A DNA stretch of 64,000 nucleotides from a virus. Below, piece by piece: positions 9,570 to 18,523 of this stretch. The stretch lies in IMG/VR virus record IMGVR_UViG_3300039216_000106, positions 1-64,000 of that record. The stretch is one strand, 5' to 3'. The first letter of the stretch is position 1; every line of letters starts with the position of its first letter. The translations under genes were made by a program, and so were the position numbers. The notes under the pieces are model-generated. The model was given only the letters and a program-made list of their open reading frames with translations, was not told the origin of the DNA and made no database searches.

Positions 9570-9600
9570 ACGGGCGCACTTTCGTCCCCGTCGCCCGTGC
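9568..9600. other. perfect 9-bp inverted repeat (hairpin) flanking the moron control region
   Basis: GCACGGGCG (9568-9576) pairs with CGCCCGTGC (9592-9600) around a 15-nt loop. It overlaps the distal box copy. Confidence 0.3.
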
Positions 9601-9667
9601 CAAATCGGCTTTGTACAAGGTGTTCTATTGGCTTATGGTCAGGACACAATCTCTGGGATGATGCGCC

Positions 9668-10327
9668 GTGTCCGGTGGTATGGAGGATTTAGCCAACTAT
9701 AACCGCCAGCAAATGGAGCGGAATTCCCGCAATTACCAAGAGCCGCGCATGGGCTTGGTCACGGCGTGGGACGGCAACGCCATCGCGGCCAAGGTCAAGA
9801 TACAGCCTGAAGATTTTGAGAGTGGATGGCTTCCGGTCGGCGTCGATTGGATGGGCAACGGCTGGGGCTTTATCGCGCCGCTGGCCGAAGGCGATCAGGT
9901 GTTGGTCGTTTTCCAAGAGGGGGACCGCGATTCCGGCATTATCGTGAAGCGGATTTTCGACCAACGCAACCCGCCGCCCGGCGCGGCCGCGGGTGCAGAG
10001 TCCGGAGAACTTTGGCTGGTCCACAAATCCGGGTCCATGCTGAAACTCACCAACGACACCAATGTCACCATCATCAGCGCTGGCGACCTCGACGTAACGG
10101 TTAGCGGTGCCGTGAATTTGACCGTTACCGGAGACGTTTCCGTTGCGGCTCAAGGTGATGTAAACGTGACGGCGCAGGGCGATGCGAATGTAACGGCGCA
10201 AGGCAATGCTGCGATCACGGGCGCGACGGTTCTGCTCGGTGGTGGCGGCAAGAAGGTGGTGCTTGACGGCGATTCTGTGGTTGCCGGTAAGGTGGTGGCG
10301 AGTTCAACCAAGGTAAAGGCGACGTGA
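9668..10327 (+). CDS. baseplate assembly protein V / central spike
   Basis: 219 aa. GLVTAWDG..AKVKIQPEDFESGWLPVG...GDQVLVVFQEGDRDSGIIV plus C-terminal GDVNVTAQGD repeats are typical of the gpV/Mu gp45 family. Confidence 0.7.
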   Translation: MSGGMEDLANYNRQQMERNSRNYQEPRMGLVTAWDGNAIAAKVKIQPEDFESGWLPVGVDWMGNGWGFIAPLAEGDQVLVVFQEGDRDSGIIVKRIFDQRNPPPGAAAGAESGELWLVHKSGSMLKLTNDTNVTIISAGDLDVTVSGAVNLTVTGDVSVAAQGDVNVTAQGDANVTAQGNAAITGATVLLGGGGKKVVLDGDSVVAGKVVASSTKVKAT

Positions 10328-10689
10328 TGCCAGACCTCGACGCAACTTGGAGCCAAGACCTTTCCACCACGCCCAGCGGTGACCTTGCGCTGGTCGATGA
10401 CATCGCCTTGACCGAGCAACGCATCATCCGCCGCTTGCTCACCAACCCCGGCGATTATTTGTGGCACCCGGAATACGGCGCCGGACTTCCCCGTTACATC
10501 GGGCAGGCCGTGCCGCCAAGCACAATCGAAATGGCGGTTATGGCCCAAATTCTCCAGGAACAGACCGTGGCGCGCAGCCCGGCACCGAAGGTCACGGCCA
10601 GAATAGCGCCGGATCAGATCAGCTTGACCATCAATTACTGGTCCGCCACGTCCGGGGCGCCACAACTGCTTGAATTTGATGTCAGCTAA
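10324..10689 (+). CDS. baseplate wedge protein W / gp25-like
   Basis: 121 aa. DLALVDDIALTEQRIIRRLLTNPGDYLWHPEYGAGL matches the GPW_gp25 signature from memory. Its start overlaps the gpV stop. Confidence 0.65.
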   Translation: MMPDLDATWSQDLSTTPSGDLALVDDIALTEQRIIRRLLTNPGDYLWHPEYGAGLPRYIGQAVPPSTIEMAVMAQILQEQTVARSPAPKVTARIAPDQISLTINYWSATSGAPQLLEFDVS

Positions 10690-10731
10690 TGTGGATTTGT
10701 TGTAGGCTCGCGCCCAGAGGTTCGTAACGCA

Positions 10732-11874
10732 ATGCCAGCGCCCAACACATACAGCTTTTCGCAACTGGTTGGCCAATGGACCGCTGCGGCCCAGGCCAAG
10801 GCGTCGGCGCTGCTTGACTTCACGGTGGGCTCAACTCTCCTCGCATTGGCGGAAGCCTGTGCCGGCGTGGCGCTGTGGCTCCAAGCCCTTGTTCTGAACC
10901 TCCTTGCCGTGACCCGCGCCGCGACCAGCCAAGGCACCGACCTCGATTCCTGGATGGCCGATTTTGGCCTGACCCGCCTCCCCGCGGTAAAGTCCGTGGG
11001 CGCCCTCACCGCGGCTCGGCTCAATTCCAGCACACGCGCCGTGGTTCCAATCGGATTTCAGGCCGGAACCACGGACGGCACCCAGACCGTAACCGTGACG
11101 CTGGACACGAGCAACCCGCACTATTCGGCCCCGGATAACGGCTATGTCCTGCCGATCAGCACGGCTTCGATCAGCGTGCCGGCGCAGAACACGACAGGCG
11201 GTGCGGTCGGAAACGTCCAGGCTAACACCGTTACGGTGATGCTGTCCTCGATTTCTGGCGTGGACACCATCAATAATCCGGCTGCGTTTACCGGTGGTCT
11301 CGACGCTGAAAGCGCTCCGGCGTTCCGCGTCCGGTTTGTGCTCTACCTGCAAAGCCTGAACACGGCCAACGTCGCCGCGGTCGAATATGCTATTACATCG
11401 GTTCAGCAAGAAATCCGATATGTGATTGTGGAAGACCTAACCTATCCGGCTTTGGTGGCCCGCGCCAATTACTTCTTCGTCGTGATTGATGACGGCAGCG
11501 GACATCCATCGCAAGGCTTGATCGATGCCGTGACCGCGGCGATTACGATCATTCGCGGCTGTGGCGTGCAGTTTGGCGTGTTTGGCCCTACCGTGGTCAC
11601 GGCAAATCTCGCCATGACGATCAAGGTCGCTTCGGGCTATGATGCCACGACGGTGCAGACCAATGTTGAGACGGCGCTATCCTCCTATACCCAGGCGCTG
11701 CAACTTGGTTCTACCCAACTTGCCATTACCCGCCTGATTTCGGCCGCGAACGCGGTAGCCGGATGCGAATACGTGGTGGACAACACGACCACGATTAACG
11801 GCGTCAATTCCGATCTTGCTCTAACCACGTTCAACCGGGTGCTGCCCGGAACCATTACGGTGACGCCAACATGA
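10732..11874 (+). CDS. baseplate J-like protein
   Basis: 380 aa following the W-like gene. The FTVGSTLLALAEA..ALWLQ and later regions resemble the Baseplate_J family. Confidence 0.7.
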   Translation: MPAPNTYSFSQLVGQWTAAAQAKASALLDFTVGSTLLALAEACAGVALWLQALVLNLLAVTRAATSQGTDLDSWMADFGLTRLPAVKSVGALTAARLNSSTRAVVPIGFQAGTTDGTQTVTVTLDTSNPHYSAPDNGYVLPISTASISVPAQNTTGGAVGNVQANTVTVMLSSISGVDTINNPAAFTGGLDAESAPAFRVRFVLYLQSLNTANVAAVEYAITSVQQEIRYVIVEDLTYPALVARANYFFVVIDDGSGHPSQGLIDAVTAAITIIRGCGVQFGVFGPTVVTANLAMTIKVASGYDATTVQTNVETALSSYTQALQLGSTQLAITRLISAANAVAGCEYVVDNTTTINGVNSDLALTTFNRVLPGTITVTPT

Positions 11875-12551
11875 GCACGGGCGACACCAATGACATCCTG
11901 GCACGGCTCCAAACCCTGATACCGCAGGCTTGGTTTGAAAGCGCGCCGCCGATCTTGCAAGGCGTGCTCACCGGTAGCGCCGCGATCGACGCCAATATCT
12001 ACGCGCTGGTCGCTTATGCCAAGCTACAGACCCGCATTAGAACCGCAACAGGCGGCTGGCTGGATCTGATCGCGCTCGATTTCTACGGCAACGCACTGCC
12101 GCGCCAGACTGGCGAAAGCGATACGAACTACCGCACCCGCATCTTGGCCGGGCTGTTCTCGAAAGCCAACACCCGCGCCGTGATTTCGGCAGCGCTTGCC
12201 GATCTTCTCGGTTCTGTCCCGGTCATCATAGAATCGTGGTCCTTACTGGATACGGGTATGTGGGACGGCACCACGGGACAAGTATTTAGCTTCTGGGGTG
12301 TGAACCGACCATCCAACCCGTTCGTCTGGACAAATCCCGGAAGCTTTTTCGTTAAGATCACGCTACCGACCGGATCGCCCTACACAAACGAGCAACTGGC
12401 AGAACTCGCGACTTCGATTGTGGCGCGGCTCAAGGTGTGTGGTATCACCGCCTTTATGCAGGTAATATCCGGCACGGAAATAGGCGGTCCATTTAGCTGG
12501 GACGTGACATCGCAACACTGGGATAGCACTTTGACTTGGGACGCGCACTGA
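11871..12551 (+). CDS. baseplate / tail protein (gpI or Mu gp48-like position)
   Basis: 226 aa with an ATGA overlap on the J-like gene. The position matches P2 gpI / Mu gp48; sequence evidence is weak. Confidence 0.5.
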   Translation: MSTGDTNDILARLQTLIPQAWFESAPPILQGVLTGSAAIDANIYALVAYAKLQTRIRTATGGWLDLIALDFYGNALPRQTGESDTNYRTRILAGLFSKANTRAVISAALADLLGSVPVIIESWSLLDTGMWDGTTGQVFSFWGVNRPSNPFVWTNPGSFFVKITLPTGSPYTNEQLAELATSIVARLKVCGITAFMQVISGTEIGGPFSWDVTSQHWDSTLTWDAH

Positions 12552-14188
12552 TGACCGACAGGCCCATAGTTTACACTGGCGAACAGGCCCGCGACTACGA
12601 TTTCCTCAGCTTGGCGCGCGACACGCTGATCGGGCTTGGCCTGATGACCAACGACTTTTTGGGCACGGGCGCAACCGTTGTGTTTGGCCTCGCCGCGACG
12701 CCGGACGCGCCGGCCGATCTCAAAGTGAACATCGCGGCCGGCCGCATCTACAAGGTGACCCAGGTTGACGCTACGCAATACGGCGTATTGGGCCAAGATA
12801 CCGACCTGATCGATCAACAAGGCATCGCAGCGGCGCAGCAATTGACGCTGACCACGGCGGGGCTTTCGTCTGGCCAGTCGCAATGGGTTCTGATCCAGGC
12901 CACATTCACGCAATCCGACAACGTGCCCAGCGACGATCCCGAAGGCGGCATCCTCAATTTCTGGAACGTTGACAACGCGAACGTGCCGCTGCTCGGGCCG
13001 GGTGGAACCGGAACGGCACTCCCGACACGGCGCAGCGCAGTTTGTACGCTTCAAGCCGTCTACGGCGTTGCCGCCACGACCGGCGCCGAGGTGCCGCCGT
13101 CGCCGACCTCCGGCTATGTCCCGCTCTACCTGATCGATCTTGCCTACGGCCAGACCCAAATCACGGCACCGGAAATTGTTGTCGCTGGACCCTCTGTCGG
13201 CACCAATGTGCCGTCGAACTATCCCGCCGCGCCGTTCCTGGCCGGGCTCTTGGCATCGCATCATGGCGGCGTGCCGGGGCAGGCTCCACAGATCAATCTC
13301 GCGTCTGAGGTGCAAGGATTACTTCCGTTCTCGTATTTGCCGTTGCTTTCTGCGATGCCTTCTGGTCAAGGCATTTTGCCGTTCGTAAATCTTCCGAGCA
13401 TCAGTTCTTACCTCGATTATGCTGGGAATACCGCTGGCGATATTCCATATCGCGCATCTGGTGGCTGGACCGTTCTGGCGCCTGCGGCGGATGGAACTGT
13501 ACTGCAGCTCAGCGGCGGCGTTCCGATATGGGGCAGTAGCGCTCCAAACGCAAACAAGCTGACTACGGCAAGAACCATTGGCATCTCTGGCGACCTGACA
13601 TGGTCTGTCAGTTTCGACGGTTCAGGAAATGTCAGCGCCACAGGCACGTTGGCCACCGTCAACTCATCGCCTGGCGCCACTGGTGACGCCACTCACGTCT
13701 CTGCTGTTACCACAAACGCCAAAGGGCTGGTGACCAGCAACACATCCGTTGCCATCCAGTCTGGCACCGTTTCTCAGCTTGGTCTCGTTCAACTCGTAAG
13801 CACTTCGGTTGATACCACTCTTGCCGACGCCACGAAGGCGTTAACCGCGGCCGCCCTCGGGACGCTAATGCCGAGGACGGCAAACAGCATTGTTCTTCCC
13901 GGTAACATAAAATTTCAGTTCGGGTTGAAACCCGTTACGGTGGCTGGTGAAGCGTTTGGTTCTGATACTGTCACACTGCCTAGTTCTTTCGCGACTTCTA
14001 CATATTTTGTTTCTGCCACGACGGACACCAACGCCGGAGGGAATCCAGCAAATTCAGGTGGCAACTACACCGCAATCGTTTACGGAAAATCCGCGAGTGG
14101 ATTTTCGATCAGAATCGATAACGAAAGCGGTGCCAGCGAGAGCCGAACTATCTTCGTGAACTGGATTGCAATCGGGATTGGGCCGTAA
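12551..14188 (+). CDS. tail fibre protein
   Basis: About 545 aa from the ATG at 12551 (the ORF opens at a TTG at 12536). It is Gly/Ser/Thr/Ala rich and lies downstream of the baseplate genes. Confidence 0.65.
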   Translation: MTDRPIVYTGEQARDYDFLSLARDTLIGLGLMTNDFLGTGATVVFGLAATPDAPADLKVNIAAGRIYKVTQVDATQYGVLGQDTDLIDQQGIAAAQQLTLTTAGLSSGQSQWVLIQATFTQSDNVPSDDPEGGILNFWNVDNANVPLLGPGGTGTALPTRRSAVCTLQAVYGVAATTGAEVPPSPTSGYVPLYLIDLAYGQTQITAPEIVVAGPSVGTNVPSNYPAAPFLAGLLASHHGGVPGQAPQINLASEVQGLLPFSYLPLLSAMPSGQGILPFVNLPSISSYLDYAGNTAGDIPYRASGGWTVLAPAADGTVLQLSGGVPIWGSSAPNANKLTTARTIGISGDLTWSVSFDGSGNVSATGTLATVNSSPGATGDATHVSAVTTNAKGLVTSNTSVAIQSGTVSQLGLVQLVSTSVDTTLADATKALTAAALGTLMPRTANSIVLPGNIKFQFGLKPVTVAGEAFGSDTVTLPSSFATSTYFVSATTDTNAGGNPANSGGNYTAIVYGKSASGFSIRIDNESGASESRTIFVNWIAIGIGP

Positions 14189-14193
14189 CCGCC

Positions 14194-14631
14194 ATGGCAA
14201 GCACAATCGACCGCAACGTCCCCGCTAACAACGCAGCCGTGCTTTCGCCTGCGGTGCGAAACAATTTTGGCGCCGCTGCAAACGATATTGAGGCGCTGCA
14301 GAAAGGCACGCCGACCGGAAACGCGCCGTCGTCTCCGCTTACTGCGCCAGCGACTTTGACCGCCAATGACTTCGAAATCCCCTGCAACACGGCGTCGGCC
14401 GGATTTCGGCTGACCATACCGCTCAACCTCGGCACCGCGACAAAGCCGAAGTGGTTTTTCATCTTCAAGACTAGCACGGACAAAACAAATTCGGTCAGCA
14501 TTTCGACGGATGGCGCGACCGATCTTCTGTTTTTGACAAGCCCCGTGTTTACCGCAACCGGCGAGTATCGCGGCGGCGGCCTTTGGGTTCGTGTCGATGG
14601 GACGCGGCTGTCCGCGTTTGGTGTGTCATGA
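14194..14631 (+). CDS. tail-fibre-associated protein (second short fibre or assembly factor)
   Basis: 145 aa directly after the fibre gene. The N-terminus PANNAAVLSPAVRNNFGAAANDIEALQ is fibre-like; function is unproven. Confidence 0.4.
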   Translation: MASTIDRNVPANNAAVLSPAVRNNFGAAANDIEALQKGTPTGNAPSSPLTAPATLTANDFEIPCNTASAGFRLTIPLNLGTATKPKWFFIFKTSTDKTNSVSISTDGATDLLFLTSPVFTATGEYRGGGLWVRVDGTRLSAFGVS

Positions 14632-15176
14632 TCGATTGGGGATTTATCACGGAATTGGAAGGCCGCAGCCTCACCGGATACTGGCCGAAAGGATTCCAGG
14701 CGTCCGGCGTTACCGTGGCGGGCGGTGTTGACCTTGCCTATCTGTCGCCCGCGGAACTGGCCGCGCTGCCGCCCGATCTTCAAGCCAAGCTCAAGCCCTA
14801 CCTTGGCGTCCGCGGCGACCGTGCCCAGCACTTGCTCAGCGGCCAGCCTTTGGTCCTGACCGCGGCCGAAGCCGACGCGCTGGAGGGTCCAAAGCGCAAG
14901 AGCATCATCACCTCCTTAATTCTTCACTATTTCCAAGCCACAGGAACGCCGTTCAACAACCTTCCCGACGCGGCCCAAACCGTTTTGGCATCCGTGGCCT
15001 GGCAGTACGGCAGGCCGGAAGTGCGCTGCCCGGCCTTTTGGAAAGCGGCTTGCGCCCAAGACTGGCACGCCGTAATCCTTCAGCTATGTGATTTTGGTGA
15101 TGCGTTTCACACGCGGCGCTGCCGTGAGGCCGACTATCTCGAAACCAACATTGTAACGCAAGAGGTAACGAAATGA
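14628..15176 (+). CDS. endolysin, lysozyme-like (pesticin/T4-lysozyme-type muramidase domain)
   Basis: 182 aa from the ATG at 14628 (ATGA overlap). ELEG..SGVTVAGGVDLAYLS...LKPYLG pattern, followed by a holin-like membrane protein, a further small membrane protein and two spanin-like genes. Confidence 0.55.
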   Translation: MIDWGFITELEGRSLTGYWPKGFQASGVTVAGGVDLAYLSPAELAALPPDLQAKLKPYLGVRGDRAQHLLSGQPLVLTAAEADALEGPKRKSIITSLILHYFQATGTPFNNLPDAAQTVLASVAWQYGRPEVRCPAFWKAACAQDWHAVILQLCDFGDAFHTRRCREADYLETNIVTQEVTK

Positions 15177-15361
15177 GTATCATTCAAAACTTGACCGCAG
15201 AAAAGCAGAAGATCGTCGCCGACGCGCTGAAAATCTACACCACGGCCGATGATGACGTGAAGGCTGCGATTGCCAAAGGCACATCGTGGGCGGCGCGGAA
15301 CATGTGGTACGTGGTGCTTGGCACTGCGGTGGTTTTCTTCGTGATTGGGCTAATTGCCTGA
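15173..15361 (+). CDS. small membrane protein (holin/antiholin candidate)
   Basis: 62 aa with a C-terminal transmembrane helix (WYVVLGTAVVFFVIGLIA). ATGA overlap with the endolysin. Confidence 0.45.
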   Translation: MSIIQNLTAEKQKIVADALKIYTTADDDVKAAIAKGTSWAARNMWYVVLGTAVVFFVIGLIA

Positions 15362-15369
15362 GGTAAGCC

Positions 15370-15717
15370 ATGAGTGAAGGCGGTATCGGCAGTATCGTGT
15401 CTAAAGCCCAAGAGTTTGTGACCGCTCTGGCGAGCGCGCCACAGCCGGAAGAAACGCGGTTTGTCCGCAACGCGCGACCGTTTGCGATCTATTTGGGTAT
15501 GGTTGCGCTAACCGCAATGGGAATTTTGGCCGTCTACCTCAAGGATATTGGATCGTCGCTTGCCGTAGTTGCTGCTATCGGTGGTGTTTTACAGCAATTT
15601 GGTGCCCAGCGCAGCGCTGATGCAAGGGCAAAAATTGCAGCCGCAACCGAGGACAAGAAGACGATCACGGGCGCTGCGACGGCTGACAAGCAGATAGCCG
15701 CAGGAGGGCAACCGTAA
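15370..15717 (+). CDS. holin candidate
   Basis: 115 aa with two hydrophobic helices (FAIYLGMVALTAMGILAVYL and LAVVAAIGGVL) and a charged C-terminus, within the lysis cassette. Confidence 0.45.
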   Translation: MSEGGIGSIVSKAQEFVTALASAPQPEETRFVRNARPFAIYLGMVALTAMGILAVYLKDIGSSLAVVAAIGGVLQQFGAQRSADARAKIAAATEDKKTITGAATADKQIAAGGQP

Positions 15718-16157
15718 TGTGGGCAACCATAGCCTCGTGGGCAGCAAACAAGCTCCTAGTAGCCGTCGTGGCTGTTCTGGCGCTCTGTGGCGTCATCTTC
15801 ACGCCCGTTGCCATCTATCAGGCATTCGAAATCAACGGATATCAGATCCTTTGGTGGGGCGCGCCTGGCCTCAAGGCCAAGCTGAAGACGGCGACGGACA
15901 GTCTTGGACAGTGTCACGGAAACGTCAGCGGCCTCGAAACCGCAGTGGCGAACCAAAACACCAAAATCCTCGCCCTCGGCAAGCAGGGCGATGCGCTACG
16001 GGCATCCCTGGTCGCCGCCATAGCCAAGAACCAGACCGAAAGAGAGGCGCTACTGGCCCGCTTGGCGGTTCTGGCGGCGGCCAAACCAGCCGGCAAGACT
16101 GAGTGCGAGCGGGCCGTATCCGCCCGTGCGCAGATCATAGAGGACCGCAGTCGATGA
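15717..16157 (+). CDS. i-spanin (Rz-like)
   Basis: 146 aa with an N-terminal TM helix then a coiled-coil periplasmic region. An overlapping lipoprotein gene follows immediately. Confidence 0.55.
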   Translation: MWATIASWAANKLLVAVVAVLALCGVIFTPVAIYQAFEINGYQILWWGAPGLKAKLKTATDSLGQCHGNVSGLETAVANQNTKILALGKQGDALRASLVAAIAKNQTEREALLARLAVLAAAKPAGKTECERAVSARAQIIEDRSR

Positions 16158-16459
16158 AACGATACCTCGCCATGTCCGCGCTTGCCGTATTGCTTTCCGC
16201 GTGCGCCGATAAGCCATCCGAGCCCGTCGTCAACACCGTGACGGCCGACGTTCCGACGCCAGTATCTTGCGTCCCTGACACCGTGACCTCGGCGCCGAAC
16301 TACCCCGACACGCTGGACGCGCTCAAATCCGCGGCCGAACTGGCAGACTTCGAAAAGCTATTGGACTCCGGGGCGCGGTTGCGCGCTAAGCGGCTTGACC
16401 TTCTCGAAACCGTCGTCGCCAAGTGTCGCGATGTCAAACCTACCGCAGTGGCGAAATGA
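16154..16459 (+). CDS. o-spanin lipoprotein (Rz1-like)
   Basis: MKRYLAMSALAVLLSAC carries a lipobox (LSAC). 101 aa with an ATGA overlap on the i-spanin stop. Confidence 0.6.
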   Translation: MKRYLAMSALAVLLSACADKPSEPVVNTVTADVPTPVSCVPDTVTSAPNYPDTLDALKSAAELADFEKLLDSGARLRAKRLDLLETVVAKCRDVKPTAVAK

Positions 16460-16890
16460 CCGAATCCGAAAACTCAAATCTTCGTCGCATCGAAAGCAGC
16501 CTGCGTGAGGTTCTATCGGGCAATGGCGCGATCCTTGCCGAGATGCAAGGGTTCCGCCGAGAGATTGACGAAGAAAAGACCATCCGCAAAGATCACTCGG
16601 AACACAACCGGGCGGATTTTCAGAGAATCCTGGATCTATTCGATGCCGAGCGCAACGCGAATGATAAGCGGTTCGATGACCAGACAAAAGACCGTCAGAT
16701 GCATCTTGGCGAGCAAGACGTGAAGATAGACGCGATCAAGGCCAATGTTTCGAAATTGAGCGGCGATATTTCCACGGCGAAAGGCGCGGGATGGGCCGTT
16801 GTTGGATTACTCGGCTCCGGTTTCTTGTTTGTTGTGGGGACCATCGTTGAATATCTGCGTGGCGCCATTCACATAAAATTTGGCGGATAG
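16456..16890 (+). CDS. coiled-coil protein with C-terminal membrane anchor
   Basis: 144 aa from the ATG at 16456 (ATGA overlap). C-terminal GWAVVGLLGSGFLFVVGTIV helix. It is the last gene of the plus-strand late operon. Confidence 0.4.
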   Translation: MTESENSNLRRIESSLREVLSGNGAILAEMQGFRREIDEEKTIRKDHSEHNRADFQRILDLFDAERNANDKRFDDQTKDRQMHLGEQDVKIDAIKANVSKLSGDISTAKGAGWAVVGLLGSGFLFVVGTIVEYLRGAIHIKFGG

Positions 16891-16925
16891 CCCCTGCGGC
16901 TGTCACCGTGTCGGCCCTTTGCGTC

Positions 16926-17384
16926 TCAGCCATTGCTCTTGTCCTCCAGCGCCGGAACGAGACCGGATTGCATGAGGTGTTCGACCACGGGGCGGCCGTC
17001 GCTCGCCAGCATGTAAGGTAAAAACACCGCGTTGAACGACAGCATCCCGGTTTCGACGGCGGTAATCTGGCCTTTGACCCAATCGCGAAGGATTGAGTTC
17101 ACGGCGATCAGCCCTTGCGCAAGGGCTTTGCGTTCGTCCTCGCGCACTTTCTGCGGGCCGCGATGGTTTTTGTACTTCTGCGCTTTGAGGTACATCGCGG
17201 CCCAGCCCTGCGCCGACGCCCGCAATTGGACCGGCCGGCCGTGGTGTTTGAACGCCAGGATCACGGCGCCATTTTCAAAGTCATCCATGAAGCCAACGGA
17301 TTCACACCCGAAGACCCGCAGCATCTTCACGACTTCGTCGCGGGCCTTGGCGCCGCTTGTGGCGGTGGCGTAGGGGATGCTCAT
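16926..17384 (-). CDS. hypothetical protein downstream of XRE regulator
   Basis: 152 aa from the ATG at 17384, which is 2 nt after the XRE stop. No family recognised with certainty. Confidence 0.5.
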   Translation of the reverse strand: MSIPYATATSGAKARDEVVKMLRVFGCESVGFMDDFENGAVILAFKHHGRPVQLRASAQGWAAMYLKAQKYKNHRGPQKVREDERKALAQGLIAVNSILRDWVKGQITAVETGMLSFNAVFLPYMLASDGRPVVEHLMQSGLVPALEDKSNG

Positions 17385-17386
17385 GG

Positions 17387-17815
17387 TCAATCCTTGCCAG
17401 CGAGCTGGCACGCGAGGTCAAGAACGGCTTTGCGCTGGCCTGTTGAGATGACACTGAATGCCACCAGAAGGTTTAGCGCGCCCGGTTCGTTGAGTGCTTT
17501 AAGGGCATCCATAGCGACGGGCTTGCCGGACTGATCGTTGTCGAGGTCACTGATAAGCGACGACACTGAGCATTGCAGCGTGGCCGCAATCTGAACGAGC
17601 CGTGAAAAGCTCACGCGGTTCGCGCCATGCTCGTATTTTTGCACCTGTTGAAACGTGATGTCACCGCAGAGTTTTCCGAGGTCTTCTTGCGACAGACCAA
17701 GTTCCTTGCGGCGCAACCTGATCCGCGCGCCCAGCGCAACATCAAGCGGGTGTGGACCATTTTCCTTCGCGGTGATACGTGTTCTTGCAGCCATCGAATT
17801 GCCCTCCTGTGGCAA
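17387..17815 (-). CDS. XRE-family HTH transcriptional regulator (repressor candidate)
   Basis: LGARIRLRRKELGLSQEDLGKLCGDITFQQVQKYEHGANRVSFSRLVQIA is a classic HTH_3 pattern, with an added C-terminal domain. Confidence 0.75.
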   Translation of the reverse strand: MPQEGNSMAARTRITAKENGPHPLDVALGARIRLRRKELGLSQEDLGKLCGDITFQQVQKYEHGANRVSFSRLVQIAATLQCSVSSLISDLDNDQSGKPVAMDALKALNEPGALNLLVAFSVISTGQRKAVLDLACQLAGKD

Positions 17816-17894
17816 ATCTTGGTTAGGGGCGGCCAGCGTTTCCGGCGCTGGCCTACCCCGTATATTCTACCAAATCGCGAGCGCGTCAAGTGTG

Positions 17895-18323
17895 CTATTT
17901 GGATTTCCGAAACGGCCGCGACCCCTTCGGTGGCCACTTCCGGGCCTGGATTTTGGCTTTGCTGTTGGGAAATTTGCAGATGCGGGCAGTTCCGGCGCGC
18001 TTTTTGTCCCGGTGGCGCTCTTTTTTGATGGCGCCGATGTCTGATCCCGCGACAGTGGCACCGGTCCCGTGCGTCCGGCGGTGGTGCTCGGCATCGCAGA
18101 TTGCGTCCAGATGCTCTACGGAGTGCTGCGGCGGGGTGTAATCCGAGCCGTCCGGAAGCACGTCACGAAGGCGCAAAGGAGGCCGGTGGTCGTATTTGGT
18201 TCCAGAGTGTGGATTTACTGAAACCCACATCCCACACCCACATTTGCAGAAATTGCCCTGCCGGGCGCAGACCGCGCGTTTCACGGCAACGGGGATTGCG
18301 CGTCGGCGCGGCCGATCAGTCAT
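17895..18323 (-). CDS. HNH endonuclease
   Basis: CKCGCG...YDHRPPLRLR...HLDAICDAEHHRRTHG gives the HNH/zinc pattern. The ATG at 18323 makes an ATGA overlap with the upstream gene. Confidence 0.7.
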   Translation of the reverse strand: MTDRPRRRAIPVAVKRAVCARQGNFCKCGCGMWVSVNPHSGTKYDHRPPLRLRDVLPDGSDYTPPQHSVEHLDAICDAEHHRRTHGTGATVAGSDIGAIKKERHRDKKRAGTARICKFPNSKAKIQARKWPPKGSRPFRKSK

Positions 18324-18523
18324 ACCCGATCCTCGCAAAGCGACCCGCGCTCAGGTTCCAACCGGCCGCCGCACGCCGGGCAGCCGTCATCGCTCGTTTC
18401 CTTCGGCGCCGCGAACAGGTCAGACCGTGGCTTTGTCGCGCGGCCGCGCTCATAGTCCAGGCTGGCCGCGTGCCATTTCCGGCCACAGGATGCGTTCTGG
18501 CAGCGGAAAAAATCCGAACTCAT
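18320..18523 (-). CDS. small zinc-ribbon protein
   Basis: 67 aa from the ATG at 18523, with CxxxC...CxxC (CQNASC ... CPAC). ATGA overlaps at both ends. Confidence 0.45.
   Translation of the reverse strand: MSSDFFRCQNASCGRKWHAASLDYERGRATKPRSDLFAAPKETSDDGCPACGGRLEPERGSLCEDRV

Noticed and set aside
12380-13315. 311-aa minus-strand ORF opposite the tail fibre gene
   Set aside because: Arg/Gly-rich low-complexity translation antisense to a gene with clear operon context. This is the expected artefact of high GC.
14148-14831. 227-aa minus-strand ORF spanning the fibre, short-fibre and endolysin junctions
   Set aside because: It crosses three translationally coupled plus-strand genes and has no recognisable motif.
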